This document shows positions 7,662 through 15,948 of a stretch of 18,714 nucleotides of DNA, piece by piece. The DNA is from Armatimonadota bacterium. GTDB taxonomy: Bacteria > Armatimonadota > SYMT01. Each line of letters opens with the position of its first letter. The first letter of the stretch is position 1. Under the pieces are notes generated by a model. The model saw only the letters and a program-made list of their open reading frames with translations, had not been told where the DNA came from and searched no databases. The stretch covers positions 1 to 18,714 of the forward strand of contig JBKBRF010000077.1 of the NCBI GenBank assembly GCA_046292385.1, in the 5' to 3' direction. The position numbers and the translations under genes were made by a program.

Positions 7662-8408
7662 ATGGTCCCGTGCTCCCCGCTGCCCCGGCTGCTGGCGCTC
7701 GCCGCCTCCGCGCTCGTCCTCGGCGGCTGCACCACCTCCGTCGTGCAGCGCGGGGTGGAGCGGCGCGTGGAGAAGCGGCTGACTTCCGTGCTCGGTCCGG
7801 CCGACCGCTACCGCTGCCGCATCCTGCGCACGCGCAGCGCGGAGCTGGCGCGAGGGCGGGTGAACCGGGCGGAGATCGAGGGGACTCGGGTGCTGGCGCG
7901 CGGCCAGATGCTGCTGGAGCGGGTCCGCGTGACGCTGGACGACCTCCGGTATGAAGACGACCCGGAGCTGCTGACGATCCGGCGGGGCGACCTGGAGGTC
8001 GAGTTCACGGACGACGCCCTGAACGACTACCTTCGCAAGCTTCACCCGCGCCAGGAGCCGGAATTCCGCTTCGAGGCGGGCCGCGTCCACGCGGCGATCA
8101 CCTATCCGTTCCTCGGCGAGCCAACCCGCATTCGTGCCAGCGGCCGGCTGGTGATGCAGGAGGGGCGGCTGCTGATCTTTGAGGCGGACAGAGTCGACGT
8201 CTCCTTCCTGCGGCAGGAGGGGTTTGGAGAGCGGTTCGTGGAGGACCGCGTCAACCCGCTTCTGGACCTGCAGCAGCTCGACTTTCCGGCGCGGCTGGAG
8301 AGCGTGCTGGTGCAGGAAGGCCGCGTGCGGGCCTCCGGCTCGGCATCGATCCGTCTGGGCCAGGGCGGCGCCGAGGTCCGCCCGAGCCGCACCGCCTCAT
8401 CCCGGTAG
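7662..8408 (+). CDS. Lipoprotein, DUF2993/LmeA-like
   Basis: Lipobox-like LVLGGC after a hydrophobic stretch. Beta-rich TULIP-like pattern (FTDDALNDYL). Starts 5 nt after the upstream stop. Family assignment is tentative. Confidence 0.65.
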   Translation: MVPCSPLPRLLALAASALVLGGCTTSVVQRGVERRVEKRLTSVLGPADRYRCRILRTRSAELARGRVNRAEIEGTRVLARGQMLLERVRVTLDDLRYEDDPELLTIRRGDLEVEFTDDALNDYLRKLHPRQEPEFRFEAGRVHAAITYPFLGEPTRIRASGRLVMQEGRLLIFEADRVDVSFLRQEGFGERFVEDRVNPLLDLQQLDFPARLESVLVQEGRVRASGSASIRLGQGGAEVRPSRTASSR

Positions 8409-8460
8409 AGGCTGAACTCGAGGCGCAGCGCGAGCGCCCTTGGGATACTCTCTTAGTGTT

Positions 8461-10884
8461 ATGAACCGCAGCTCCCGTTCGCGCGCCGCCGGGCGCCCGC
8501 AGAAGTCGCTCGCGCCGATCGCCACCACTCACCCCACCCGGGGCTCCCTGGAGTGGGACGCCGGCTCGGCCGCCTACCTCTTCTCCAGCGCGCCGGCGGA
8601 CGGCGTACAGTACCGCGTGCCGTTCGACGCGCCGGAGGGTGGCCCCGCGCTCTTCCGGATCGAGGGCCGGGTCGGCGAGGGTCCGTGGCAGCCGCTCGTC
8701 TGTGGAGCGGGTCCGCTCGCCCGCGAGGAGGGGGGAGCGGTGCTCGCCCCGGGCGAGCAGCAGGAGCGGTTCGGACCGGCGGACCTGCGCCACTCCGCGC
8801 GCGGCCGCATCCTGAGCCTGCGCTACTCGCAGCCGCTGGGAGGGCCGGAGGTCCGCTGCAGCATCCAGCTCCGGCTGACCGGGGACTCGCTGGAGCTGGC
8901 GGTAGAAGCGCCGGCGGACCGCGCTCTCTGCGGCTTCACGCTCGGGGAGATCGGCTCCGAAGGGGCGCGGGAGGTGAACGTCTCCGGGCTGCCGGATCCG
9001 CTGCTGGTGCTGCCGGAGGGCGGCTTCGCCGCCGCCTATGCGGACCGGTTCCTGGGCGACGCTTTCTGCTACCCGCCCGGCGCGGCCCGCTACCGGGCGA
9101 CCCACCGCGGCGAGATGCCGCCGGTGCGGGAGACGTTCTACGTCACGATCAGCGCCGACCCGCTCGACCCGCTCCCGGCGCAGCGCCAGGCCCCGGCCCC
9201 CCTGCGGGCCGCGGTGACCGGCCGGGTGACGCTCGACTGGTACAGCGAGGCGCCGTACGCGGAAGACACCCGCCGCTTCCGCATGCTCTCGCTCTATGGG
9301 CTGCAGGATATCCTGCTGATCTACCGCAACTGGCAGCACTTCGGCTACCGGCGGCGGGATCCGTATCTCTACCCCGCCAACCCGGAGCGGGGAGACCCGG
9401 AGAGCTTCCGGGAGCTGCTCGACGCCGCGCGAGAGGGCGGCTGGCTCGTCGCGCTCCGCGAGGAGTACGCGATGATGAAGCCGGACAGCCCGTTCTGGCA
9501 CGAAGCGCTGCTCGCGCGGTGGATCGACGGGCAGCCGCGACCGTCCCGCGGCGGCGCCTTCGCCGTGGCAGCCGGGCGGATGACCGACGTAGCCCGGCTC
9601 CAGGCGAGCGACATCCGCCGCAACTACGGCCCGCTGGCGGTCTTCGCCGACGCGCACACCGCCTGGAACCCGGAGGACGGCCTGCGCCAGATCAGCGTCT
9701 CCCGGGAGTCGAACGGCGCCAGCGAGTCGCGCGCGATCGCGGAGGTCGACGCGCTCTTCCAGCTCCTGCGGGAGTGTCACGAGGGCCCGGTCCTCGGCGG
9801 CGCGGGCCAGGGCGCGTCGCGTTTCGACGCACTCGTCGGCGGCATGGCGGAGGCGGTGGTGCGGGGGCCGGAAGACGGTCTCGCCGGTCCGCTGATCGTC
9901 GACTACGAGCTGACCGAGCTGCGGCCCTCGCTGCTCGGGATCGGCGCGGGCGCCTACCGGCAGTTCCACGGACAGGCGGGCGGGGAGACTGTCGACCTCG
10001 GCGTGATGGAGTGGGACCGCTACCGCGCCTCCACGCTCGCCCTGGGGCACCTGGGGTATCTCGGCACTTACGGTCTCAAGCCGCGCCGCGGGGAGGAGAT
10101 CCCGCCCGGCGCCGCGCTGCTGGCCCGGGAGTACTTCCTGATCCGCGCCGTGCAGGAGATCTACGCCGGCTCGACCGTCCGCGCGGTGAGCTACCTGGAC
10201 GGCGAGGAGCTGGTCGACCTGGCGACCGCCCTCCAGCGGAACCTCGACCTCTCCCAGGCGCGTCTCCACGTGGAGTACACCGCCGGGCTGCGGCTCTGGG
10301 TGAACCGGTCCGCGAAGGACCGGTGGCGGGTGGTCACGGAAGAGGGGGCGGAGCACGACCTGCCCCCCGGCGGCTTCGTCGCCCTCAGTCCGCGGCACAA
10401 GCTCGAGGCTTGGTCCGCCCTCGTCTCGGGGCAGCACGCCGACTACTGCCGCAGCGAGCGCTACACCTACCTGAACACCCGCGGGCGCGGCAGCCGCCGG
10501 GTGGGGGAGCTGCAGGTCGACGGCGCCGTGGCCCTGCTCAAGAGCGCCGTGCCGGGCCGGCAGGACGTGGTGCTGATCGGCTGCCGGCAGGTGAGCGTGG
10601 CGGAAGAGGAGTACCGCCTCTCCGAGCGCGCCGACGTGCGCCTGACCCACGTCTCCACCCGGGAGCTGGAGCTGACCGTGCTCGCCACGGAGAGCGGGAA
10701 GCCGGCGCACGTCGCCTGGCCCGCCTTCACTGCCGCCTGGAAGGCAAACGAGATCCGCGTGGAAGAGCGCACCCGCGACGGCTGGGCCGCCAGCAAGTGC
10801 CAGGTGCAGCAGACCCGCTCCGGTCCCCAGCTCAGCCGCGCCGTCCCCGGCGTCACCTACCGCCTCAGCGCCCCCACTACCTAA
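8461..10884 (+). CDS. 807-aa protein, divergent GH129/GH101/DUF5696-like
   Basis: Strong GC3 codon bias in this frame. Central segment NWQHFGY..DPYLYPANPERGDPESFRELLDAAREGGWLVALREEY and VFADAHT resemble the GH129-type barrel. No signal peptide. The CDS is well supported; the family is tentative. Confidence 0.6.
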   Translation: MNRSSRSRAAGRPQKSLAPIATTHPTRGSLEWDAGSAAYLFSSAPADGVQYRVPFDAPEGGPALFRIEGRVGEGPWQPLVCGAGPLAREEGGAVLAPGEQQERFGPADLRHSARGRILSLRYSQPLGGPEVRCSIQLRLTGDSLELAVEAPADRALCGFTLGEIGSEGAREVNVSGLPDPLLVLPEGGFAAAYADRFLGDAFCYPPGAARYRATHRGEMPPVRETFYVTISADPLDPLPAQRQAPAPLRAAVTGRVTLDWYSEAPYAEDTRRFRMLSLYGLQDILLIYRNWQHFGYRRRDPYLYPANPERGDPESFRELLDAAREGGWLVALREEYAMMKPDSPFWHEALLARWIDGQPRPSRGGAFAVAAGRMTDVARLQASDIRRNYGPLAVFADAHTAWNPEDGLRQISVSRESNGASESRAIAEVDALFQLLRECHEGPVLGGAGQGASRFDALVGGMAEAVVRGPEDGLAGPLIVDYELTELRPSLLGIGAGAYRQFHGQAGGETVDLGVMEWDRYRASTLALGHLGYLGTYGLKPRRGEEIPPGAALLAREYFLIRAVQEIYAGSTVRAVSYLDGEELVDLATALQRNLDLSQARLHVEYTAGLRLWVNRSAKDRWRVVTEEGAEHDLPPGGFVALSPRHKLEAWSALVSGQHADYCRSERYTYLNTRGRGSRRVGELQVDGAVALLKSAVPGRQDVVLIGCRQVSVAEEEYRLSERADVRLTHVSTRELELTVLATESGKPAHVAWPAFTAAWKANEIRVEERTRDGWAASKCQVQQTRSGPQLSRAVPGVTYRLSAPTT

Positions 10885-10885
10885 C

Positions 10886-10978
10886 GGTTGGCAGGTTGGC
10901 AAGTTGCAAGGTTTGCAGGTTCCGAACCCCTTCGGCGCCCGATGCAGCCTGCAACTTGTAACCTGCTAACCTGCAACC
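10886..10978. repeat. Inverted 7/8-mer repeat tracts between convergent genes; long hairpin, possible bidirectional terminator
   Basis: Left arm GGTTGGCAGGTTGGCAAGTTGCAAGGTTTGCAGG, right arm CCTGCAACTTGTAACCTGCTAACCTGCAACC. Confidence 0.75.
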
Positions 10979-10986
10979 CGATCCGA

Positions 10987-11880
10987 TCACCGGGATAGGG
11001 CGGGGATCAGGTAGGTGTAGAGCTCTACCATCGCCTGCAGGTCGTCGGTGCGGCAGACCTCTCGCGGCGTGTGGGGGCGCTTCTCCGGGGCGCCGATGAA
11101 GACCCAATCGACCGGAAAGGTGCTCCGCTCGATCGAGCTGCCGTCGGAGCCGCCGGCGCTCTCTACTTCACGTTGGAACGGGATGCCGCTGGCGCCGGCC
11201 GCCTCCAGAATCCGGTCGAGGAAGCGGCGGCGGGGCAGGGACCGATCCCGGAAGCTGATGGCGGGCCCCTTGCCGATCTTCACCGACGCAGTATGCCAGG
11301 TGATGTCCGAGATGAGCGCCTGGGTGATGCCGAGCTCCTGGTAGACCAGCCGGGCACCGATGAGTGCCCCCCGGCCGGAGTGCTCCTCGCCCGGGGTGAA
11401 GACGACCGCCACGTCTTCGCAGCTCTCCAGCACGCGCACCGCGTTCCAGACCCCCGCGCGGTTGTCCAGGTAGGGTCCGCGCAGCTCGTTCTTCCGCTCC
11501 ATCAGCGGCTCCGCGAAGACCCAGCGGCTTCCCGGCTCACCGGCCTTGCCCGAAAGCGTCCAGCGAGTGCCGTTGTCGATCGCCCGCACCTTGATCCGGC
11601 CCTTACCTGCGCCGCCGACCTCCCGCAGCCTCTCGTCGCCTTCCACGTGGGGGCCGCCGATCGGGATCAGGGTGCGGTCGTAACCCAGGGTAAAGCCGGT
11701 GGTGTCGAGGTGCGCGAAGACCGCCACTCGCGGCCGGCCGCGCACCGCCAGAAGGAGGTCGCCATGCCGATGGAGCTGCGCGCCGCCGATCGACTCGCAG
11801 AGGCGCTCGACCTCGTCGGCGATCTCGCCTTCGTCGCCGGCCGGCCCGGGAATGCTCTGAAGATGCTTGAGAAGATCCAT
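10987..11880 (-). CDS. M42/M28-family metallo-aminopeptidase
   Basis: Metal-ligand motifs FAHLD, LDNRAG, GEE, SDIT, GGSDG, PHT. Confidence 0.88.
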   Translation of the reverse strand: MDLLKHLQSIPGPAGDEGEIADEVERLCESIGGAQLHRHGDLLLAVRGRPRVAVFAHLDTTGFTLGYDRTLIPIGGPHVEGDERLREVGGAGKGRIKVRAIDNGTRWTLSGKAGEPGSRWVFAEPLMERKNELRGPYLDNRAGVWNAVRVLESCEDVAVVFTPGEEHSGRGALIGARLVYQELGITQALISDITWHTASVKIGKGPAISFRDRSLPRRRFLDRILEAAGASGIPFQREVESAGGSDGSSIERSTFPVDWVFIGAPEKRPHTPREVCRTDDLQAMVELYTYLIPALSR

Positions 11881-11994
11881 ACTCTTGAAGGCTAAAGCCG
11901 ATCCCTCCGTCAGCGGGAGGTCGTGCTCCTGCTCGCTGGTGACCGTCGTGCTCCGCCACGGCTACAGCAGCCTGTGCTGTTTCCGGTCAGCGGC

Positions 11995-12807
11995 TCAGTC
12001 GAAGAGTGAACGGGGTGGGGGAGCGGCGGCGGCGGCTTCCCGGAGCTGGCGCTTCACCTCGATCACCTTCTGCCGCGCGCGGCCGAGGTCTTCAACCAGC
12101 GTCTCCAGGGCGGCCTCGTAAGCCGGGCCTTCGAGGCGGAGGATGTAAGCCGGGTGGAAGACCGCCATCGCCCAGCCGGCGTAGGGGCTGTTGGTGAACC
12201 AGCGGCCCCGCTCCGAGGTGATGCGGAATCCCTTGTGGATGATCGTGTTCGCCGCGGGCGCGCCGACGCAGACCACCACGTGCGGGCGGATGATCCGGAA
12301 CTGCTCCTCCAGCCACGGGTTGCAGGCGGAGATCTCCTCCGGCTCGGGCGGGCGGTTCATCCGCCGGCCGCCCTGGAGGTGGTAGGCCCGGCACTTCACC
12401 ACGTTGCAGATGTAGACGTGGGCACGCGTCATGCCATTGCGGCGAAGCACCTCGTCGAGCAGCTTCCCCGCGCGGCCGACGAACGGCCGGCCGGTGGCGT
12501 CCTCGTTCTCGCCCGGGCCTTCGCCCACCAGCACCAGCGGCGCCGCCGGGTTCCCTTCGCCGAAGACGACGTGCGTGCGTCCCGCCGCCAGGCCGCAGCG
12601 GGTGCACTCGGAGGCGGTCGCGCGCAGCAGCTCCAGCGCGGCGGCGGGATCCGGCGCCGGCTCGTCCGGCACCGAGGCCCGTTCCACCACCGAAGCAGCT
12701 TCCGCCGCCAACGGGGCTTCCGCCGCGGCTGCGCTGGCGTCGGGGGGCGGCGGCGCGTCGGCGGCCGGGTTCAGGTCGTCATCGAAGAGAGAGAACTGGC
12801 TTGCCAT
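11995..12807 (-). CDS. udg: Family 4 ([4Fe-4S]) uracil-DNA glycosylase
   Basis: Motifs [33 protein letters not shown]-x-[11 protein letters not shown]. Confidence 0.93.
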   Translation of the reverse strand: MASQFSLFDDDLNPAADAPPPPDASAAAAEAPLAAEAASVVERASVPDEPAPDPAAALELLRATASECTRCGLAAGRTHVVFGEGNPAAPLVLVGEGPGENEDATGRPFVGRAGKLLDEVLRRNGMTRAHVYICNVVKCRAYHLQGGRRMNRPPEPEEISACNPWLEEQFRIIRPHVVVCVGAPAANTIIHKGFRITSERGRWFTNSPYAGWAMAVFHPAYILRLEGPAYEAALETLVEDLGRARQKVIEVKRQLREAAAAAPPPRSLFD

Positions 12808-12831
12808 ACTGCTGGTGCCCGGCCTCGCCGG

Positions 12832-13326
12832 TTACTCGGGAGCGGCGGTGCGCGCGATCACCGCCGCGATCTTGTCGTAAGTTCCGTGCAGCGCGTCCGG
12901 CAGCACCTTCGTCTCGCCCAGCACGGGCATGAAGTTGGTATCGCCGTTCCAGCGCGGCACCACGTGCATGTGGAGGTGGTCCGCGATGCCCGCTCCGGCG
13001 GTCCGCCCCAGGTTCATCCCGATATTGAACCCTTCCGGACCCATTGCCTCGGAGAGCACGCGGACGCAGTACCGGGTGAGCCGCATCATCTCCGCCTGCT
13101 CCTCCGCGCTCAGGCTCACCAGGTCGGCGGTGTGGCGGTAGGGCGCCACCATCAGGTGACCGTTGTTGTAAGGGAACAAATTCATGATGATGAAGCAGTG
13201 CTCCCCCCGGTAGAGGATGAGCTGCTGCCGGTCGTCGCCTGCGTCCGGCTTGGTGCAGAAGATGCAGCCCTGCGCTGGTGGGACCTCGATGTATGCCATG
13301 CGCCAGGGCGCCCAGAGCCGTTCCAT
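12832..13326 (-). CDS. HIT-family protein (Ap4A hydrolase/phosphorylase, Fhit-like branch)
   Basis: [10 protein letters not shown] start with [24 protein letters not shown], triad HLHMH, VPRW.GD.NF. Confidence 0.93.
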   Translation of the reverse strand: MERLWAPWRMAYIEVPPAQGCIFCTKPDAGDDRQQLILYRGEHCFIIMNLFPYNNGHLMVAPYRHTADLVSLSAEEQAEMMRLTRYCVRVLSEAMGPEGFNIGMNLGRTAGAGIADHLHMHVVPRWNGDTNFMPVLGETKVLPDALHGTYDKIAAVIARTAAPE

Positions 13327-13770
13327 TCCCCCTCCATCCTGGCTCGGCGGGGCCTCATCCCGCCGGCTCTCGACCGTTGAGAGTTCGGGTTGCCCACTGG
13401 AGCTTCCTCTCACAGAGCGCTCCACCGGCCCAGAGGCGGTCCAAACCGAGGCGGCCGGAGGAGCAGCCGGAGGCTGAACCGGAGGACGCCACCTGTGACC
13501 TCCCCTGGGCCCAGGGTCGCTCGAAGGCGGCTGATTCAACCCGTGAACCCTGCTTCCGGGGCGGTAGAGCCCGGAGGCGTGGGAGGGCCGTGGAGGGCAC
13601 GGGCGCGGGAGGGCTGAAGCGGCAGACGAGGGCGCGGGGTCGGACCAGCGCGTACGGGGCCGCTAAACACCGGGAGATCCCTGCTTCCGCCCCGGCGGCG
13701 CGTCACAATGAGGCCCTTCATGCCGGCCAATCCCACGCCCACTCTCTTACTTTCCCGAAGAAAACAGGAC

Positions 13771-13799
13771 TTCACAAGCCACGCAGCAAAGGTTAAGGT
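13771..13799 (+). promoter_or_regulatory. Possible sigma70 promoter for psd-pssA
   Basis: TTCACA-17 nt-TAAGGT in a locally AT-richer stretch 100 nt upstream of psd. Confidence 0.4.
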
Positions 13800-13899
13800 A
13801 AGGCGTTCCGTGGCCGGGAGCACCACCCGGTCGAGCACGCCGCAGCCGCAGTTCCCGCCGCCGTCTGGCGGGGTCGGCTCGGCGAGAGGTGATCCACGG

Positions 13900-14514
13900 A
13901 TGCGTCTGGCCAGGGGTGGAGAGCAGCTTGTTTTCGGCGCGTACGCAGTCACGCTGCTGGCGCTCGCCGGATCTCTCTGGGTCAATCCCTGGCTCTGGCT
14001 GCTGGCGGCTCCCCTGGGGGTGAGCTGCGGCATTCTGACGGCGTTCTTCCGGGATCCGGAGCGGCCCCCCGCACCGGGGCTGGTGGCGCCGGCGGACGGC
14101 GTGATCCAGGCCATCCACGAAAAGGATGGCGTCCGGCAGATCATCACCTTCATGAACTTGCTCGACGTGCACGTGAACCGGGCCCCCCTGGATGCGCGCG
14201 TGCTCCGCATGGAGCAGATCCGCGGCGGCTACGTGCCTGCGTACCGGGACGACGCCCACGACAACCAGCGGTTGGAGTGGGATCTGGAGACCGAGATCGG
14301 GCCGATCCGCATGGTCCAGATCACCGGGGCCGTCGCCCGCCGCATTGTTCCCTACCACGGCCCGGGCACCACGCTCCGAAAGGGCGAGCGGATCGGTATG
14401 ATCCGTCTCGGCTCCCGGGTCGATCTCTACATCCCCAGCCAGTATCCGGTCGCCGTCTCCGTCGGGCAGCGAGTCCGCGCGGGGGTGACGACGCTGGCGA
14501 GGTTGGACACTTGA
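13900..14514 (+). CDS. psd: Phosphatidylserine decarboxylase proenzyme (short Psd-A type)
   Basis: Motifs FFRDPER, APADG, DVHVNRAP, ARRIV and the cleavage motif LGSRVD. RBS GAGGTG before ATG 13900. Confidence 0.93.
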   Translation: MRLARGGEQLVFGAYAVTLLALAGSLWVNPWLWLLAAPLGVSCGILTAFFRDPERPPAPGLVAPADGVIQAIHEKDGVRQIITFMNLLDVHVNRAPLDARVLRMEQIRGGYVPAYRDDAHDNQRLEWDLETEIGPIRMVQITGAVARRIVPYHGPGTTLRKGERIGMIRLGSRVDLYIPSQYPVAVSVGQRVRAGVTTLARLDT

Positions 14515-15452
14515 AACTCTACCAGCGCGCCAAACGGCGCCTCCGCCGGCTGCCGGAGCGCGGCCGCCGCCCCGCATCCCACGGCGCCCCACGCCGGCCG
14601 GCGACGACACTGACCCCCGCCGATGTCTTGAGCCTGGCCAACGGCTTCTGCGGCCTGCTCGCCATCGGCGTGCTCACGGGGGTACTCCCCGTCTCGGAAC
14701 TGCCGATCTTCCCCGCCCTGCACCAGTTCTGGCCGGCGCTGGCGGACAACCGCTTCCTGCTGGCGGCGGTGCTGGTCACGTTCGGCCTGGTCCTGGACAA
14801 TTTGGATGGCGCCGTGGCCCGGAAGCAGGGCGGCTCGGCCCTGGGCGGGGAGCTGGAGACGATCTCCGACGCGGTCACCTTCGTGGTGACGCCCTCGCTC
14901 CTGGTGATGACCTACTACAGCGGCCCCGCGCGGCTGGCCGGGTTCATGACCGGGTCGCTGATCTTCCTGATGGGCGCGATGCGGCTCGCCCGCTTCAGCG
15001 CCAACCCGGACGAGAAGGACACCCGTACCTTCCAAGGTTTCCCCTCGCCCGGCTGCGCCATGGTGATCTGCCTGGCGGTGCTGGCGCGCGTTCCGGCGGC
15101 CCTGGCGCTGCCGCTGATCGCGGTAACAGCGCTCCTGATGATGTCGTCGTTCCCGTACCCGAAGTCGCGCGGCGCCGACGGCTACCTGACCTCCGTCGTG
15201 ATTGGGATGGCGGTGGTGGCGACCGGCCTCGTCTGGTTCTTCAAGAACGACTGGGAGCGGGTGATGCAGGTGGTCTTCGGCCTGGTCGCCGTGGGCGTGG
15301 TGGTCTTCCCCATGCTGATGACGAACCGGGCGAAGCGCGAGCGGCGCCTCGCCTTCGAAGCGGCCGCGGCGGATCCGGACGCGCTCCCGCTGGACAGCAC
15401 GCGCGGCCCCTGCCGCTCCCGGTACGACCTGCCGGACGACCTGCGGCTCTAG
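14511..15452 (+). CDS. pssA: CDP-diacylglycerol--serine O-phosphatidyltransferase (CDP-alcohol phosphotransferase type)
   Basis: DxxDGxxAR..GxxLExxSD motif, RLARF, FQGFPSP, LMMS, multiple TMs. TTG start overlaps the psd stop (TTGA) with a GAGGT RBS. Confidence 0.88.
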   Translation: MKLYQRAKRRLRRLPERGRRPASHGAPRRPATTLTPADVLSLANGFCGLLAIGVLTGVLPVSELPIFPALHQFWPALADNRFLLAAVLVTFGLVLDNLDGAVARKQGGSALGGELETISDAVTFVVTPSLLVMTYYSGPARLAGFMTGSLIFLMGAMRLARFSANPDEKDTRTFQGFPSPGCAMVICLAVLARVPAALALPLIAVTALLMMSSFPYPKSRGADGYLTSVVIGMAVVATGLVWFFKNDWERVMQVVFGLVAVGVVVFPMLMTNRAKRERRLAFEAAAADPDALPLDSTRGPCRSRYDLPDDLRL

Positions 15453-15458
15453 GAAGGC

Positions 15459-15831
15459 GAGGGATGAGGTCTGAGGGATCCTAAAGGCAAAAGTCAGAAG
15501 GCTAAAGGCTAAAGTCCGAACCCTCCGTGCACGGGAGGTCCTGCTCCTGCTCGCTGGCGACCCGCGGTACACCGGCGCGACCTCGTGAGCTCGCTCCAGG
15601 AGTGCTTTCGGACTGAGTGGGCGCAAGGAAGAGTGGGGGAGGGAGAGGGATGAACGATGAAGGATGAGGGATGAATCCGAACCTCCCGGTACGGAAACTC
15701 CTACTCCTTCTCGTTCTCCTTCTCTTTCTCTTTCTCGAGCGCTCGCCCGGTCAGCCGATGCTTCGGCCAAACGAGCCACGCTCCCACAGGCAGTCTCTCC
15801 CACTCTCCCTTGCCCCCATTCTCCCACTCAG
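15459..15831. repeat. Mosaic of short tandem repeats (7-mers AAAGGCT and GGATGAA, 6-mers CTCYTT, inverted 8-mers GAGTGGGR)
   Basis: AAAGKCW-like x5 at 15483-15517 and GGATGAA-like x4 at 15648-15675. 15613-15644 is inverted to 15796-15831. Confidence 0.75.
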
Positions 15832-15948
15832 CCCCCGGCAGCGGCGGCTACTCGCCTCCCGTTCGGCCGTCCGACCGTTTCAAGCAACCCGATTTCGGCA
15901 ACCCTTCTTGTAGGAAGGCATTGCGGGAGTTGAACGGGAGGGCTGGAA

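Noticed and set aside
8251..10961. Very long overlapping ORFs (883 aa minus, 802 aa plus)
   Set aside because: These are shadow frames of the 807-aa gene. High GC3 bias suppresses stops, and the translations are R/G/P/A-rich without motifs.
13548..13690. Direct repeat CCCTGCTTCCG twice in the HIT-psd spacer
   Set aside because: The same 11-mer occurs inverted inside pssA coding sequence (14820-14830), so the evidence for an operator is weak.
13708..14510. Longer starts for psd (13708) and pssA (14277)
   Set aside because: The extensions are low-complexity or overlap psd. RBS-supported starts exist at 13900 and 14511.
15877..15902. SigB-like promoter (GTTTCA-N13-CGGCAA) before the general stress gene
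   Set aside because: The -10 match is too weak to support from sequence alone.
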